Assembly: GCA_963666215.2 (NCBI GenBank)
Contig: CAXWPL010000001.1
Span: 710,371 to 774,370 of the forward strand
Source of the DNA: Acidobacteriota bacterium
Lineage (GTDB): Bacteria > Acidobacteriota > UBA890 > WLXD01
Direction of reading: 5' to 3'
DNA: 64,000 bases
In this document: positions 39,995-49,328 of the stretch, piece by piece
How the letters are laid out: each line of letters begins with the position of its first letter
How positions within the stretch are numbered: position 1 is the first letter of the stretch
The notes under the pieces: generated by a model
Told to the model about the DNA's origin: nothing
The model's input: the letters and a program-made list of their open reading frames with translations, nothing else
The model's database searches: none
Made by a program: the position numbers and the translations under genes

Positions 39995-42200
39995 ATGCGT
40001 TTCGACAGCGCCGAGTTCCTGTTTTTTGTCCTGGCGGTGTTTCTTCTGGGGCGCGATCGGCTGAAGCGTCGCCGTCGCCGTACAGCCCCGGGCGGAATGT
40101 GTTGCCTCCGTCGGCCGAGCTGACTGCCGTGGTCACGAACAGGCGGTCGCCCCAGACGACCGGACTCGCGTGGCCCAGGCCCGGGAGGGTCGTCCGCCAG
40201 CGGATATTTTCGCCGGACTCGCCGTCCCAAACATCTGGCAGATCCTGCCCGTCGCTGACACCAGAGGCGCTCGGGCCACGGAACGACGGCCAGCTCTCCT
40301 CGGCGCTGGCTGGCGCGGGGAGTGGTCGCGTATCGCCCGGCCTCATCGAGATGCGCCGCTCGGCAAAGGCCGGGGCGCTGCCCGCCGCTCGCCAGGTGCT
40401 GCCGTCGAGGATCATGCCGCGAATCCCGCAGCCCTCGTCGAGAGCGCGCAATGTCATGGCGGGGCCATCGAGGTGGATCTCGTAGCGCCCTGGTCCCTCG
40501 CAGCCCTCGGGCGCTTCCGGAGAAACGAGCACGAGCTCGGTGCTCTCGGCATCAGCTGCGGCCATGGTTTCCCAGGAGCCTCTGAATTCCGGCCACCCCT
40601 CGCCCTCGAGGTGATACTCGCCGGATACATCGAACGATGCCGTGAAGCCGCCGAAGGTCAAAGGTCCCGCCAGCGGAGCCGCATCGTCTCCTTCAACGGC
40701 GCCGCTTTCGGCGGACACCGAGGCTCCTTGAAGTGGATTTTCTTCGCGGATCGACCACAGGCGATGTTGTGTGCGGATCAGCAGCCGGTCGCCGACCATC
40801 GCGGGCGTGGCAAGCGCGAACTCGCCGAGGGAGTTGGTTCCGAGCAGCTCGAACTCGTCACCGGCGCTCATGACGAAGGTGTCGCCCTCCTCGCTGAGCG
40901 CGAAGATCTTGCCGTTGTAAGCCCAAGGTGACGAGGTGAAGGCCGAGGCGCCAGGCCCGATGCGCGAGCGGTAGAGAATCTCGCCGCTCTTGGCGTCGTG
41001 CTTGGTCAGGATGCCCTTGTCCTGGAGCACGTAGATCGCGCCGTCGTACAGCACGGGGGTGCTGAGGTAGACGCCGCCCTTCCAGTCGAACCAGACGACG
41101 TGCTCGCTGCTCGTGGCTCCATCAGCAAGCGTGATGTCGCCGGAGGCGCCGGGGGCGATTGCGGCCATCGGCCAGGCGTTGCCGCCGGGCGGACCGGTGG
41201 TCAAGTAGAGAAGCCCTTCCCAGGCGAACGGCGTGGCGATGGGCATCATTCCCAACTTGCCCATGCGCCAGAGCTCGTTGCCGTCGAGGTCGTAGGACAC
41301 CGCGGTGAGCGGGCCGACGGTAATCAACTCCGTCCGCTGATCGTTCTCCCAGACGAACGGCGACGACCAGGTCGAGCCGCGACCCACCCGGAGGTCGGCG
41401 CGCCTCGTCCGCCAGATTTCCTCGCCGGTGCGCTTGTCGAAGGCGGCGACGAAGCTGGCCCCCTCGTTGTCGTTAACAACATAGAGGCGCTCACCATGCA
41501 GCGCTGGCGAGGTGCCACCGCCGAAGTCGAGATAAACCTGGTGCGCCTCCAGCGGCGTTGTCCACAGCTCGTTGCCGTCGAGGTCGTAGGCGTACAGGCC
41601 CTGGTGAGCGAAGTAGACGTAGATCGCCTCGCCATCGGTCACTGGTGTTTCCGACGCGAAGCTGTTCTTGCGGTGTCGTCCCACGGCCGGCGGGCCGCTG
41701 TGCAGCTGCCGTTCCCACACCAGCTCGCCGCTCTCGAGATCGAGGCAGTACAGCATCAAAGCGATGTCGATCTCGTGCGGGTACTCGGTGTCGCGCTCGC
41801 CGATCTTTGCCAGTATTTCCTCCATCGACAACCCCTGAGCCTGCAGCTCGGCCACGTAGTCGTTGGAGAAGTCGACGCCGAGACTCGGTTGCTTCATCGG
41901 CTGCTCGCTGGTGGCCGACGTGACGAACACCCGGTCGCCCCAGACGATCGGTGATGACCACCCCATCCCGTCGATCTCGGCCGACCACTCGACGTTCTCG
42001 GTTGTCGACCAGCTTGTGGGCAGGTTCGGGTGCGTGCCCACGGGGATCCCGGTGGGGCCAAGGAACCGCGGCCAGTTGTCGTCGGCCGCCGATGGTGGCG
42101 CACCCAGCGACATTGCGCCAAGGACGAAGAACATCGCGATCGCGGCCGGTGCGAGGGTGGCGAGCACGGCGTGCTGACGAAGGGGCTTTCGCGTAGACAT
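39975..42200 (-). CDS. PQQ-binding-like beta-propeller protein; second propeller truncated
   Basis: NWPRFLGP, GWSSPIVWGDRVFVT, ASETPVTDG, SSPWAYNGKI, ATPAMVGDRLLIRT; second unit WPSFRGP...ASPVVWGDRLFVT stops after GLYGDGDASAD. Confidence 0.85.
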   Translation of the reverse strand: MSTRKPLRQHAVLATLAPAAIAMFFVLGAMSLGAPPSAADDNWPRFLGPTGIPVGTHPNLPTSWSTTENVEWSAEIDGMGWSSPIVWGDRVFVTSATSEQPMKQPSLGVDFSNDYVAELQAQGLSMEEILAKIGERDTEYPHEIDIALMLYCLDLESGELVWERQLHSGPPAVGRHRKNSFASETPVTDGEAIYVYFAHQGLYAYDLDGNELWTTPLEAHQVYLDFGGGTSPALHGERLYVVNDNEGASFVAAFDKRTGEEIWRTRRADLRVGRGSTWSSPFVWENDQRTELITVGPLTAVSYDLDGNELWRMGKLGMMPIATPFAWEGLLYLTTGPPGGNAWPMAAIAPGASGDITLADGATSSEHVVWFDWKGGVYLSTPVLYDGAIYVLQDKGILTKHDAKSGEILYRSRIGPGASAFTSSPWAYNGKIFALSEEGDTFVMSAGDEFELLGTNSLGEFALATPAMVGDRLLIRTQHRLWSIREENPLQGASVSAESGAVEGDDAAPLAGPLTFGGFTASFDVSGEYHLEGEGWPEFRGSWETMAAADAESTELVLVSPEAPEGCEGPGRYEIHLDGPAMTLRALDEGCGIRGMILDGSTWRAAGSAPAFAERRISMRPGDTRPLPAPASAEESWPSFRGPSASGVSDGQDLPDVWDGESGENIRWRTTLPGLGHASPVVWGDRLFVTTAVSSADGGNTFRPGLYGDGDASADRAPEETPPGQKTGTRRCRNASTEAAW
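39995..40050 (+). pseudogene. 5' stub of an MBOAT (AlgI/DltB-like) acyltransferase
   Basis: ATG directly after the SGNH stop encodes MRFDSAEFLFFVLAVFLL, resembling the M.F.S..FL.F start of MBOAT proteins. Confidence 0.55.
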
Positions 42201-42344
42201 GGTCACTACTCCTGAGAACGTTCTTCGAGGCTGTTCATCGGGTTGAGCGTTGTCCCTGGCGGGCGCCGCTGGGGCGCGTCGATGAAGGGGGCCATTCGCC
42301 AAGCGTCACTAGAGTATCGCTGGCTGGGGCGTATCCTGTGGCGT

Positions 42345-42608
42345 GTGTCGAAACGTCAGACGATCGATGTCGAATGCCACTGCGGCGAGCCGCTGGCGCG
42401 CTACCGCAAGGGCGGCAAAGGCCGGCTCGTCAAGATGTTCCTCGATCGTATCGTCGTGGATCACGTTGGAAGGTTCGTAACCGAGCCGCCGTTGCCGTTG
42501 CACGCCCACGTGTACTGTCCGGCCTGCGCGGCGTGAGTGGCGACCGTGCAGATTGTTCGAGGGCGCTACGCAGCCAAGGTCAACCAGGGCGCCGTCCGCG
42601 TTGCATGA
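42345..42608 (+). pseudogene. small zinc-ribbon-like protein interrupted by an in-frame TGA
   Basis: C.CGEPLARYRKGGKGRLVK...CPAC, TGA at 42534-42536, frame continues VATVQIVRGRYAAKVNQGAV. Confidence 0.6.
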
Positions 42609-42660
42609 CGGCGTCGACCAGTCACCAACTCAGACTTGAAGCGAGATCCGGAAGCAGACC

Positions 42661-43659
42661 ATGGATTATCGCCACCTCGGATCGTCGGGCCTGAAGGTCT
42701 CGGCCCTGTCGTTCGGCGCATGGGTGACGTTCGGCATCCAGGTCGAAGACGACACCGCCTACGACTGCATGAAGACCGCGTTCGATGCCGGGGTCAATCT
42801 GTTCGACAACGCCGAGGTTTACGGCGGCGGTCGGGCCGAAACGGTTATGGGACAGATCATCAAGCGAGCCGGCTGGAAGCGGTCCGATCTGGTGCTTTCA
42901 ACCAAGATCTTCTGGGGTGGCGCAGGTCCGAACGAGCGTGGCCTGTCGCGCAAGCACCTCATCGAGGGTACGAACGCTTGTCTGGAACGCTTGCAGACCG
43001 ATTATGTCGACCTTCTCTTCTGCCATCGGCCCGACGTGCACACGCCCATGGAAGAAACCGTCCGGACCATGAGCAACCTGGTCGATCAGGGGAAGGTCTT
43101 CTACTGGGGAACCAGCGAGTGGAGCGCCGAGCAGATCCGCCACGCCTACGAGATCGCCCGCCGCGAGCATCTGGTGCCGCCAACCATGGAGCAGCCGCAG
43201 TACAACATGGTCACGCGCGATCGCGTGGAGGGTGAGTACGCTCCGCTCTACCGCGACATCGGCCTCGGGCTGACCACGTGGAGCCCGCTCGCCAGTGGCG
43301 TGCTCACGGGTAAGTACAACGACGGCCTCCCGAGGGGCTCCCGCATGGAAACGGAAGGCTACGACTGGCTCCGCGATCGCGAGCTCGGAAGCTCGAAGGG
43401 GCGCAGCAACATCGAGACGGCCCGGCTGCTGCTGCCGATCGCCGAGGAGAGCGGTTGCACGCTGGCGCAGCTGGCGATCGCCTGGTGCCTGAAGAATCCC
43501 GACGTCAGTAGTGTCATCACCGGTGCGTCGAAGCCGTCGCAAATCGAAGAGAACATGCACGCGCTCGAGCTCGTCGATCGACTCACCGACGACGTCATGG
43601 CACAGGTCGAGGCCGTCCTCGACAACAAGCCAGAGCCAGAGGCGAACTGGCGCGACTGA
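42661..43659 (+). CDS. aldo/keto reductase, Kv-beta-like
   Basis: [54 protein letters not shown]. Confidence 0.93.
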   Translation: MDYRHLGSSGLKVSALSFGAWVTFGIQVEDDTAYDCMKTAFDAGVNLFDNAEVYGGGRAETVMGQIIKRAGWKRSDLVLSTKIFWGGAGPNERGLSRKHLIEGTNACLERLQTDYVDLLFCHRPDVHTPMEETVRTMSNLVDQGKVFYWGTSEWSAEQIRHAYEIARREHLVPPTMEQPQYNMVTRDRVEGEYAPLYRDIGLGLTTWSPLASGVLTGKYNDGLPRGSRMETEGYDWLRDRELGSSKGRSNIETARLLLPIAEESGCTLAQLAIAWCLKNPDVSSVITGASKPSQIEENMHALELVDRLTDDVMAQVEAVLDNKPEPEANWRD

Positions 43660-43799
43660 TCGCCGGATCCCGGATCGCCTCCGCGCGTCTGAAACGCCCC
43701 CCACCCACTCAGCCCAACGACCACGCCACGAAGAACATCCTCCGCATCCCGGTCGCCTGTTGATCTCCGAAGTGAGTCCCCGAGGCTCCCGCGAGGTGG

Positions 43800-45035
43800 C
43801 TAGCCCGCGTGCGATGCCTCGGCCTGTCGCTTGCTCGATGTGAGCAACATCGAGAGCGCCCCGACGGCGAGTACCGCGGAGAAGGCAAACGGCGCTCCCG
43901 GGAACAGAATCGACGCGTCGGCCGATGTGAAGCGGCGGAACAGCTGCGTCATGAGCGGTGGCCCGATGATTGCGCTCAGGCTCATCAGGCTGGCCACCGC
44001 GCCTTGGAGCTCGCCCTGAGCATTGCCGGGGATGTTCTGTGTCATCAACGACTGCATCGAGGGTGTCACCAGAGCCGCCAGGAGCCAGCTGAACAGCCAG
44101 GCAAACATCATCCAGCCCTGGGTTGCGAGGGCGAAGCCGAGCAAGCCGAGGGCACCGCTTGCCAGGCCCAGCGCGGCAGTTCGGCGCTCACCGAGCCACG
44201 GAATGACCAATCGCGGCATCGTGCTCTGCCCGAGCACGATGATCGCGCCCACGAACGCCAGCGACGCGCCGACCATGGCCTCCGACCAGTCGAACTTGAA
44301 CATCGTGTAGAACGACCAGGTGCTGGGCATGACCTGATGGGCCACCTGCCAGACGAAGAAGGTTGCGAGCAACCACAGCACCACCGGGTAGCGCCGAATC
44401 TGCAGGAGCGTTCCAACAGGGTTGGCCCGTTTCCAGGCGAAAGGTCGGCGGCGATCTTCCGACAGCGTTTCGGGCAGCACGAACCAGCCGTAGACGAAAT
44501 TGAGCAGACTGAGTCCGGCGGCGGCGAAGAAGGGCGCACGCGGCCCGAGCTCGCCCAGCAAGCCGCCGAGCGCCGGGCCGAGCACGAAGCCTCCACCGAA
44601 GGCCGCCCCGATCAAGCCGAAGTTCTGCGCCCGCTTCGCGGGCGAGCTGATGTCGGCAACGTAGGCATACGCCGGAGTGAATGAGGCGCCGGCGATGCCG
44701 GCGATCGCGCGGCCCACGAACAGCCAAGCGATTGTCGGCGCATTGCCCATGATCAGGTAGTCGACGCCGAGTGTGGCGACGGCGAAGAGCAGCACCGGGC
44801 GCCGGCCGAAGCGATCGCTCAGGTTGCCGAGCACCGGCGCGAATACGAACTGCATGATCGCGTACACGAAGCCGAGCCAGCCGCCATACACCGCCGCGCG
44901 GCTGAGTCCCTCGCCGGTGAGCTCCATGATGAGCTCGGGCGTGACGGGGATGATGATCCCGATCCCCATCGTGTCGAGCAGCACCGTGATCAGAACGAAG
45001 ATCAGCGCTGCTTTGCCCGCCGGTCGGGGAGCCAT
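43800..45035 (-). CDS. TCR/Tet family MFS efflux transporter
   Basis: FVLITVLLDTMGIGIIIPV, GNLSDRFGRRPVLL, GRAIAGIAGAS, GPALGG, QGELQG. Confidence 0.92.
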   Translation of the reverse strand: MAPRPAGKAALIFVLITVLLDTMGIGIIIPVTPELIMELTGEGLSRAAVYGGWLGFVYAIMQFVFAPVLGNLSDRFGRRPVLLFAVATLGVDYLIMGNAPTIAWLFVGRAIAGIAGASFTPAYAYVADISSPAKRAQNFGLIGAAFGGGFVLGPALGGLLGELGPRAPFFAAAGLSLLNFVYGWFVLPETLSEDRRRPFAWKRANPVGTLLQIRRYPVVLWLLATFFVWQVAHQVMPSTWSFYTMFKFDWSEAMVGASLAFVGAIIVLGQSTMPRLVIPWLGERRTAALGLASGALGLLGFALATQGWMMFAWLFSWLLAALVTPSMQSLMTQNIPGNAQGELQGAVASLMSLSAIIGPPLMTQLFRRFTSADASILFPGAPFAFSAVLAVGALSMLLTSSKRQAEASHAG

Positions 45036-45076
45036 CGCGTTGCCTCGGAATCAGCCTCGGAATCGCTTCGAGAACA

Positions 45077-45111
45077 AGAAAAAAGGCCGGAACGAGATGC
45101 TCGCTCCGGCC
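45077..45111 (-). terminator. intrinsic terminator following the tRNA 3' end
   Basis: Minus-strand GGCCGGAGCGAG-cat-CTCGTTCCGGCC followed by a U tract. Confidence 0.8.
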
Positions 45112-45113
45112 GA

Positions 45114-45161
45114 GGTAGCCCCAACGGGATTTGAACCCGTGTCTCCGCCTTGAGAGGGCGG
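45114..45161 (-). tRNA. 3' half of tRNA-Glu(CTC); att-like fragment, not a full gene
   Basis: CCGCC-CTCTCAA-GGCGG anticodon arm, ACGGG-TTCAAAT-CCCGT T arm, TGGGGCTACC; no D arm or 5' acceptor strand upstream. Confidence 0.85.
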
Positions 45162-45204
45162 ATTCTTGTACTTTCTCGGACCTTCGTAGACTCCCGCGGA
45201 TTCG

Positions 45205-46579
45205 CGGTGAAGTGGTTGGGGATTGTTACGCAGTACGGCGCTCCTGCTCAAGGGGAACGTCGACGGCGGTGTTGAGTACGGCATCGAGCTTGGCGATGTC
45301 GCGGTAGCCACGAACCCTCCGGAACTTGCTCTCGGCCTCGATGAGTGCAGTAACCGCCCATCGAACGATCATGCTCCCGGAGCGCCACCGCTTTACGTTG
45401 CGGCTGACGTGTTTGATCGTCCCGTTCAGGTTCTCGATCGTATTCGTTGAACGTAACGTCCGAAGCAGCGGCCCCTGAACTCGGAGCCGAGTGACGGTGA
45501 GCGTCTCTTGCATTCCTTCTCTGAGCGAGGCCGCTGCACCGGGGTGATCGGTCTCCAGCTCCTTGACCACGGCGTCGAGCTGCTTGGTCGCTGCCGTGGC
45601 CGTCTCCGCCTTCCACGCCTTGCGGATCTTGGCTGCGAACCAGGGCCGGATATGCCCTGGCAGATGCTCCAATACGTTCTTGATCTTGTGGACACGGCAG
45701 CGCTGGATCAGGGCCCACTCGCCGAACGTGTCGCGCACTGCTTTACGGAGGCCCTTGGAGCCATCGATTACCACCAACCGCGCCCGTTCGACGGGCATGC
45801 CGCGCTCGATCAACTGCCGCAGCAGCGACCGGCACACGTGGGAGCTCTCCGTGGTGCCCTCTACGGCACCCAGCACATGCTTGACGCCGTCCGCGTCGAT
45901 GCCCATGGCGATCACCAACAAGTGCTTGCCCATGTGCGTGCCGTCGATCACCAGCACCGGCAGGTCCACTTCATTGAGCGGTTGGGCCAGGTACTGCTGC
46001 ACCTGCTTGGCTGTACGCGCTACGAACCGCCGCGACACACTCGAGCGACTCGTTCCCGACGAAGCTCGCCCGTCGTCGAGCCGCTCTAACGAGCGCTCGT
46101 ACTTGCGCGTCGTGACGCCGCACAGGATCTGCTCTACGGCGCGCTCTTCGAGCGGATCTGTTGCCTTGAACCTCTCCCAGTGCGGCAGCGGCAGCTCTTG
46201 GCCATCGACGCTCCGAGCCCGCGGCTTGCGTACCTTGACCCGCCGGCCGCCCATCACCAGCGAGCCCTCGTCGTAGCCGTGTCGGTACGCCCGCCGCTGC
46301 TGTGACCGCGCGTAGCGCTCTCCGCAGAGCTCCGCCCGGTCTTCTTCCAGCAGCGAACCCAACACCCCGAAGCCCGCGTCCATGACCAGCGCTCGTAGAT
46401 CCGATCGCGCCGCTACCACTGCCTCCAGGAGCGGGTTCTCTTGGCGCTCCGCTTTCCTACTTGTCTCTGTTCTGCGACTCTTGCTCATGACGGTGATCCT
46501 CCATGCCAGTGGATTGACCCCGACACACTATCGAGGTCGGATCACCGTCACCCTTTTTCAACGGAGCCTGTGACATCCC
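45205..46579 (-). mobile_element. IS256 family element, copy 1 (right inverted repeat missing)
   Basis: Left IR GGGATGTC...CCGTTGAA; similarity to copy 2 ends at about 45205. Confidence 0.88.
45226..46488 (-). CDS. IS256 family transposase
   Basis: LVIDG, AMGIDADGVKHVLG, VIDGSKGL, QRCRVHK, STNTIENLN. Confidence 0.95.
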   Translation of the reverse strand: MSKSRRTETSRKAERQENPLLEAVVAARSDLRALVMDAGFGVLGSLLEEDRAELCGERYARSQQRRAYRHGYDEGSLVMGGRRVKVRKPRARSVDGQELPLPHWERFKATDPLEERAVEQILCGVTTRKYERSLERLDDGRASSGTSRSSVSRRFVARTAKQVQQYLAQPLNEVDLPVLVIDGTHMGKHLLVIAMGIDADGVKHVLGAVEGTTESSHVCRSLLRQLIERGMPVERARLVVIDGSKGLRKAVRDTFGEWALIQRCRVHKIKNVLEHLPGHIRPWFAAKIRKAWKAETATAATKQLDAVVKELETDHPGAAASLREGMQETLTVTRLRVQGPLLRTLRSTNTIENLNGTIKHVSRNVKRWRSGSMIVRWAVTALIEAESKFRRVRGYRDIAKLDAVLNTAVDVPLEQERRTA

Positions 46580-46598
46580 CCATCGCGCGGTGTATTGT

Positions 46599-46646
46599 CC
46601 AAGCCTGATTAAGTCAGGCTCTCGCTCATAGAGCCGGGTCGCGCGC
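46599..46646 (+). repeat. double-hairpin direct repeat, copy A
   Basis: ccaAGCCTGAttaagTCAGGCTctcgctcatagagccgggtcgcgcgc. Confidence 0.85.
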
Positions 46647-46886
46647 CGCTTCGGCCCACCTTGCGTCTATCCGATACCCGGACGGACTCCTAGCAGCCGA
46701 ACCTCTCGAGCACAGCGAAATCAGCGTGTCAGGTACCAGGGAAGTGGGGCTACGCAAGGCGCAGCCATGAGGGGTTTCGAGTTTGGCAGGCTGGAGTGCT
46801 TTCCAGCACTGGCGTTGTTCTCCCCTTTGAGGGAAACTTCTTTCGCAGCATTTGCCGCCCGGCAGCACGGTCGGTAGCTTCTCAAC

Positions 46887-48248
46887 ATGCCCCATCTTCG
46901 TACTAGGATCCAAGCGTCGCCGCTAGCACCCGAGAAGCCGCTCGCCTGCCTGGATGCCCCGACCCGGTTCGGAGGGCTATCGGAGCTTCTCCGCATAGAA
47001 CGCCCATCTCAACTGGTCTTCTGGATCCTCTTTGCTGCGATGGCCTCGCTCATACTATTCATTCGGATATCCAATGTGTTCACCTACCATCCTGTCTTCG
47101 CAGGATATGGGGTGATAGTTGGCGCGCTTATCATCGCCCGCTATGTGTTCTTTGCGTTGTACAGCCCCAACCTTCTGCCGCCTGGCGTTTACGAGCCCGA
47201 GGTTGCTGCACTTATTCCTGCCAAGAATGAATCAATGGGGATATACGCGACGGCACGCTCTCTTGCCGAGCAGGACTATCCAAGCGAGAAGTTGACAGTG
47301 GTCCTGATCAACGATGGAAGCACCGACGACACCCGCTACTGGATGGATCGCGCATCCACCGACTTTGGCTTCAAGGTCATCGACCTAGTCGAGAACAAAG
47401 GGAAGAGGGTCGCGATAGCTGAAGGGATGAAGGTACACGATGCCGAAGTCACTGCCTTGATTGATAGCGACGTTCAGCTCGATCGCGATGCGCTTCGCCA
47501 GATCCTGAGGGGCTTTTGCTCTCCGCGGATCGCGGCTGTCTGTGGACACACGGATGTCGAAAACCATGAAGTCAATTGGTTGACAAAAATGCAGACGCAA
47601 CAGTACTTCATTGCGTTCAGAGCATTTCGGGCGCTCGAAGGTCATTTCCGCAGCGTCATCTGCTGCTCTGGAGCATTCAGTGCATACCGCACGAGTGTTC
47701 TCAGGAGAGTCATGAAGCGGTGGTTGGGCCAGACCTTCTTGGGCGTGAAGCGGACCTTCGGAGACGATCGAGGCTTGACGAATCTGATCCTGCAAGACAG
47801 CCTCGATACGATTTATGTACCTGTTGCCAGGGCGAGGACGATCGTGCCCGAGACGCTCTCCAAGTACATGAAGCAACAGATACGATGGCGTCGATCTTTC
47901 ATCATCGAAGCGATCATCGGTGCCAGGCACATGTGGAGGAGACCGCTGGGCGCCGCAATGGCGTTCTATGGCCTTGTTCTGGTGACCTTGATGGCTCCCG
48001 TCATAGTGGGGTACTTCCTCGTGCTCGGACCGGTCATTGGGCAGGTGAATCCGGTCGGCTATTTGATCGGGCTGTGCCTTATCGTGATGCTACACCAGAC
48101 TTTCTACTGGGCGTTCCAGCTGCCACCTGCCAAGAAGGTGGGTTTCCTTTCGTTGATGCCGATGCTGCCCATGTGGATCGTGGCGTCGTTGCTCATGCTA
48201 CCTTGGGCTATGGTCACACTCGGGAAAAGAGGCTGGGGCACGCGCTAG
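46887..48248 (+). CDS. processive GT2 glycosyltransferase, class I hyaluronan synthase-like (start uncertain)
   Basis: INDGSTD, NKGKR, IDSD, CCSGAFSAYR, QTFLG...GDDRGLTN, QQIRWRRSF, C-terminal WGTR; multiple transmembrane helices; visibly more AT-rich than the backbone. Confidence 0.85.
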   Translation: MPHLRTRIQASPLAPEKPLACLDAPTRFGGLSELLRIERPSQLVFWILFAAMASLILFIRISNVFTYHPVFAGYGVIVGALIIARYVFFALYSPNLLPPGVYEPEVAALIPAKNESMGIYATARSLAEQDYPSEKLTVVLINDGSTDDTRYWMDRASTDFGFKVIDLVENKGKRVAIAEGMKVHDAEVTALIDSDVQLDRDALRQILRGFCSPRIAAVCGHTDVENHEVNWLTKMQTQQYFIAFRAFRALEGHFRSVICCSGAFSAYRTSVLRRVMKRWLGQTFLGVKRTFGDDRGLTNLILQDSLDTIYVPVARARTIVPETLSKYMKQQIRWRRSFIIEAIIGARHMWRRPLGAAMAFYGLVLVTLMAPVIVGYFLVLGPVIGQVNPVGYLIGLCLIVMLHQTFYWAFQLPPAKKVGFLSLMPMLPMWIVASLLMLPWAMVTLGKRGWGTR

Positions 48249-48459
48249 AGTAGAGATACTTGGTAGGTTTGAGGCGCTCGTCGGCTTTTCTGTCCGTGCA
48301 AGGCGCCGTCCAGAATCTCGTCGACCTGAGCCGGCACCGACTACGCTCCGCAAACTACCGGGTGCTTCGAACTCGTGCTTTGGGGACCTGGAGCGAGGCA
48401 GCAACCGCCTGGGCGTCTCGGGTGGTTAGGACCTTCTACGGTTAGGCCCGCAGCCCAGC

Positions 48460-49062
48460 CAGATCCGCGCCGAGCGACTCCCCCGCGGTCGTGCTCTTGC
48501 AGGCGGCGAGCTCCGTGCGCTCTTTGCCACCTGCGCTGCCGACGACTCTCCCTCGGGCTCAAGAGACGCCGCGATCCTGGCGGTGCTCTACGGAGGGGGC
48601 CTCCGGCGGTCGGAGCTGGTAGCCCTGACTCTCGAGCACTACGACGAGTCCACAGGGGCGCTCACCGTGCGCGGTGGCAAGGGGCGCAAGGACCGTGTGG
48701 GATACGCAACGAACGGCGCTCTCGATGCCCTACAGGCGTGGATAGAGGCGCGCGGGCGCGAGCCTGGGGCACTCTTCGTCCCGATCAACAAGGGGGGCCG
48801 TATGGAGCTCCGTCGCATGAGCGACCAGGCCGTTCTCTATATCCTGCGGAGGCGAGCCAAACAGGCCGGGGTCGCCGCCTTCTCGCCGCATGATCTTCGC
48901 CGCACGTTCATCTCCGACCTGCTCGATGCCGGGGCTGATATCGCGACCGTGCAGGCGTTGGCGGGCCATGCCCAGGTCACAACGACTGCCAGGTACGACA
49001 GGCGTGGCGAAGTTGTGAAACGGAAGGCCGCCGAGCTGCTTCACGTTCCCTTCGTCGCCTAG
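48460..49062 (+). pseudogene. tyrosine recombinase, catalytic domain only (5'-truncated)
   Basis: In-frame IRAERLPRGRAL...RDAAILAVLYGGGLRRSE, GKGRKDR, PHDLRRTF, AGHA, TTARYDRR; no N-terminal binding domain. Confidence 0.8.
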
Positions 49063-49328
49063 GAGATGCCGAGCCGACCGTCGTGGAGGCTGCGGCGGTC
49101 GATCTGCGTGATGAGCGAGTGCCTAGCTGCGCTCGTCGATCGACCATCACTCGTATCCGATCGCCTAGCTGGTTTGAGATCGGTGAGACGTCGTTTCGAT
49201 CTACGCGGAGCGGGTGTCGTGCCACACGCTCGCGACGCGGCCGGCGCGAGTGAGTTACCGACCCGTCGGCACCAGCCGCTTCAACTCCTCGAACCAGTTG
49301 AGGACGATCGTGATCTCGGTCGCCGGCG

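Noticed and set aside
43800-45035. Acquired tetracycline resistance determinant
   Set aside because: Backbone-like composition, outside the island edge and no tetR; substrate cannot be inferred from motifs.
45114-45190. Complete tRNA-Glu gene
   Set aside because: The upstream sequence cannot form the D arm or the 5' acceptor strand.
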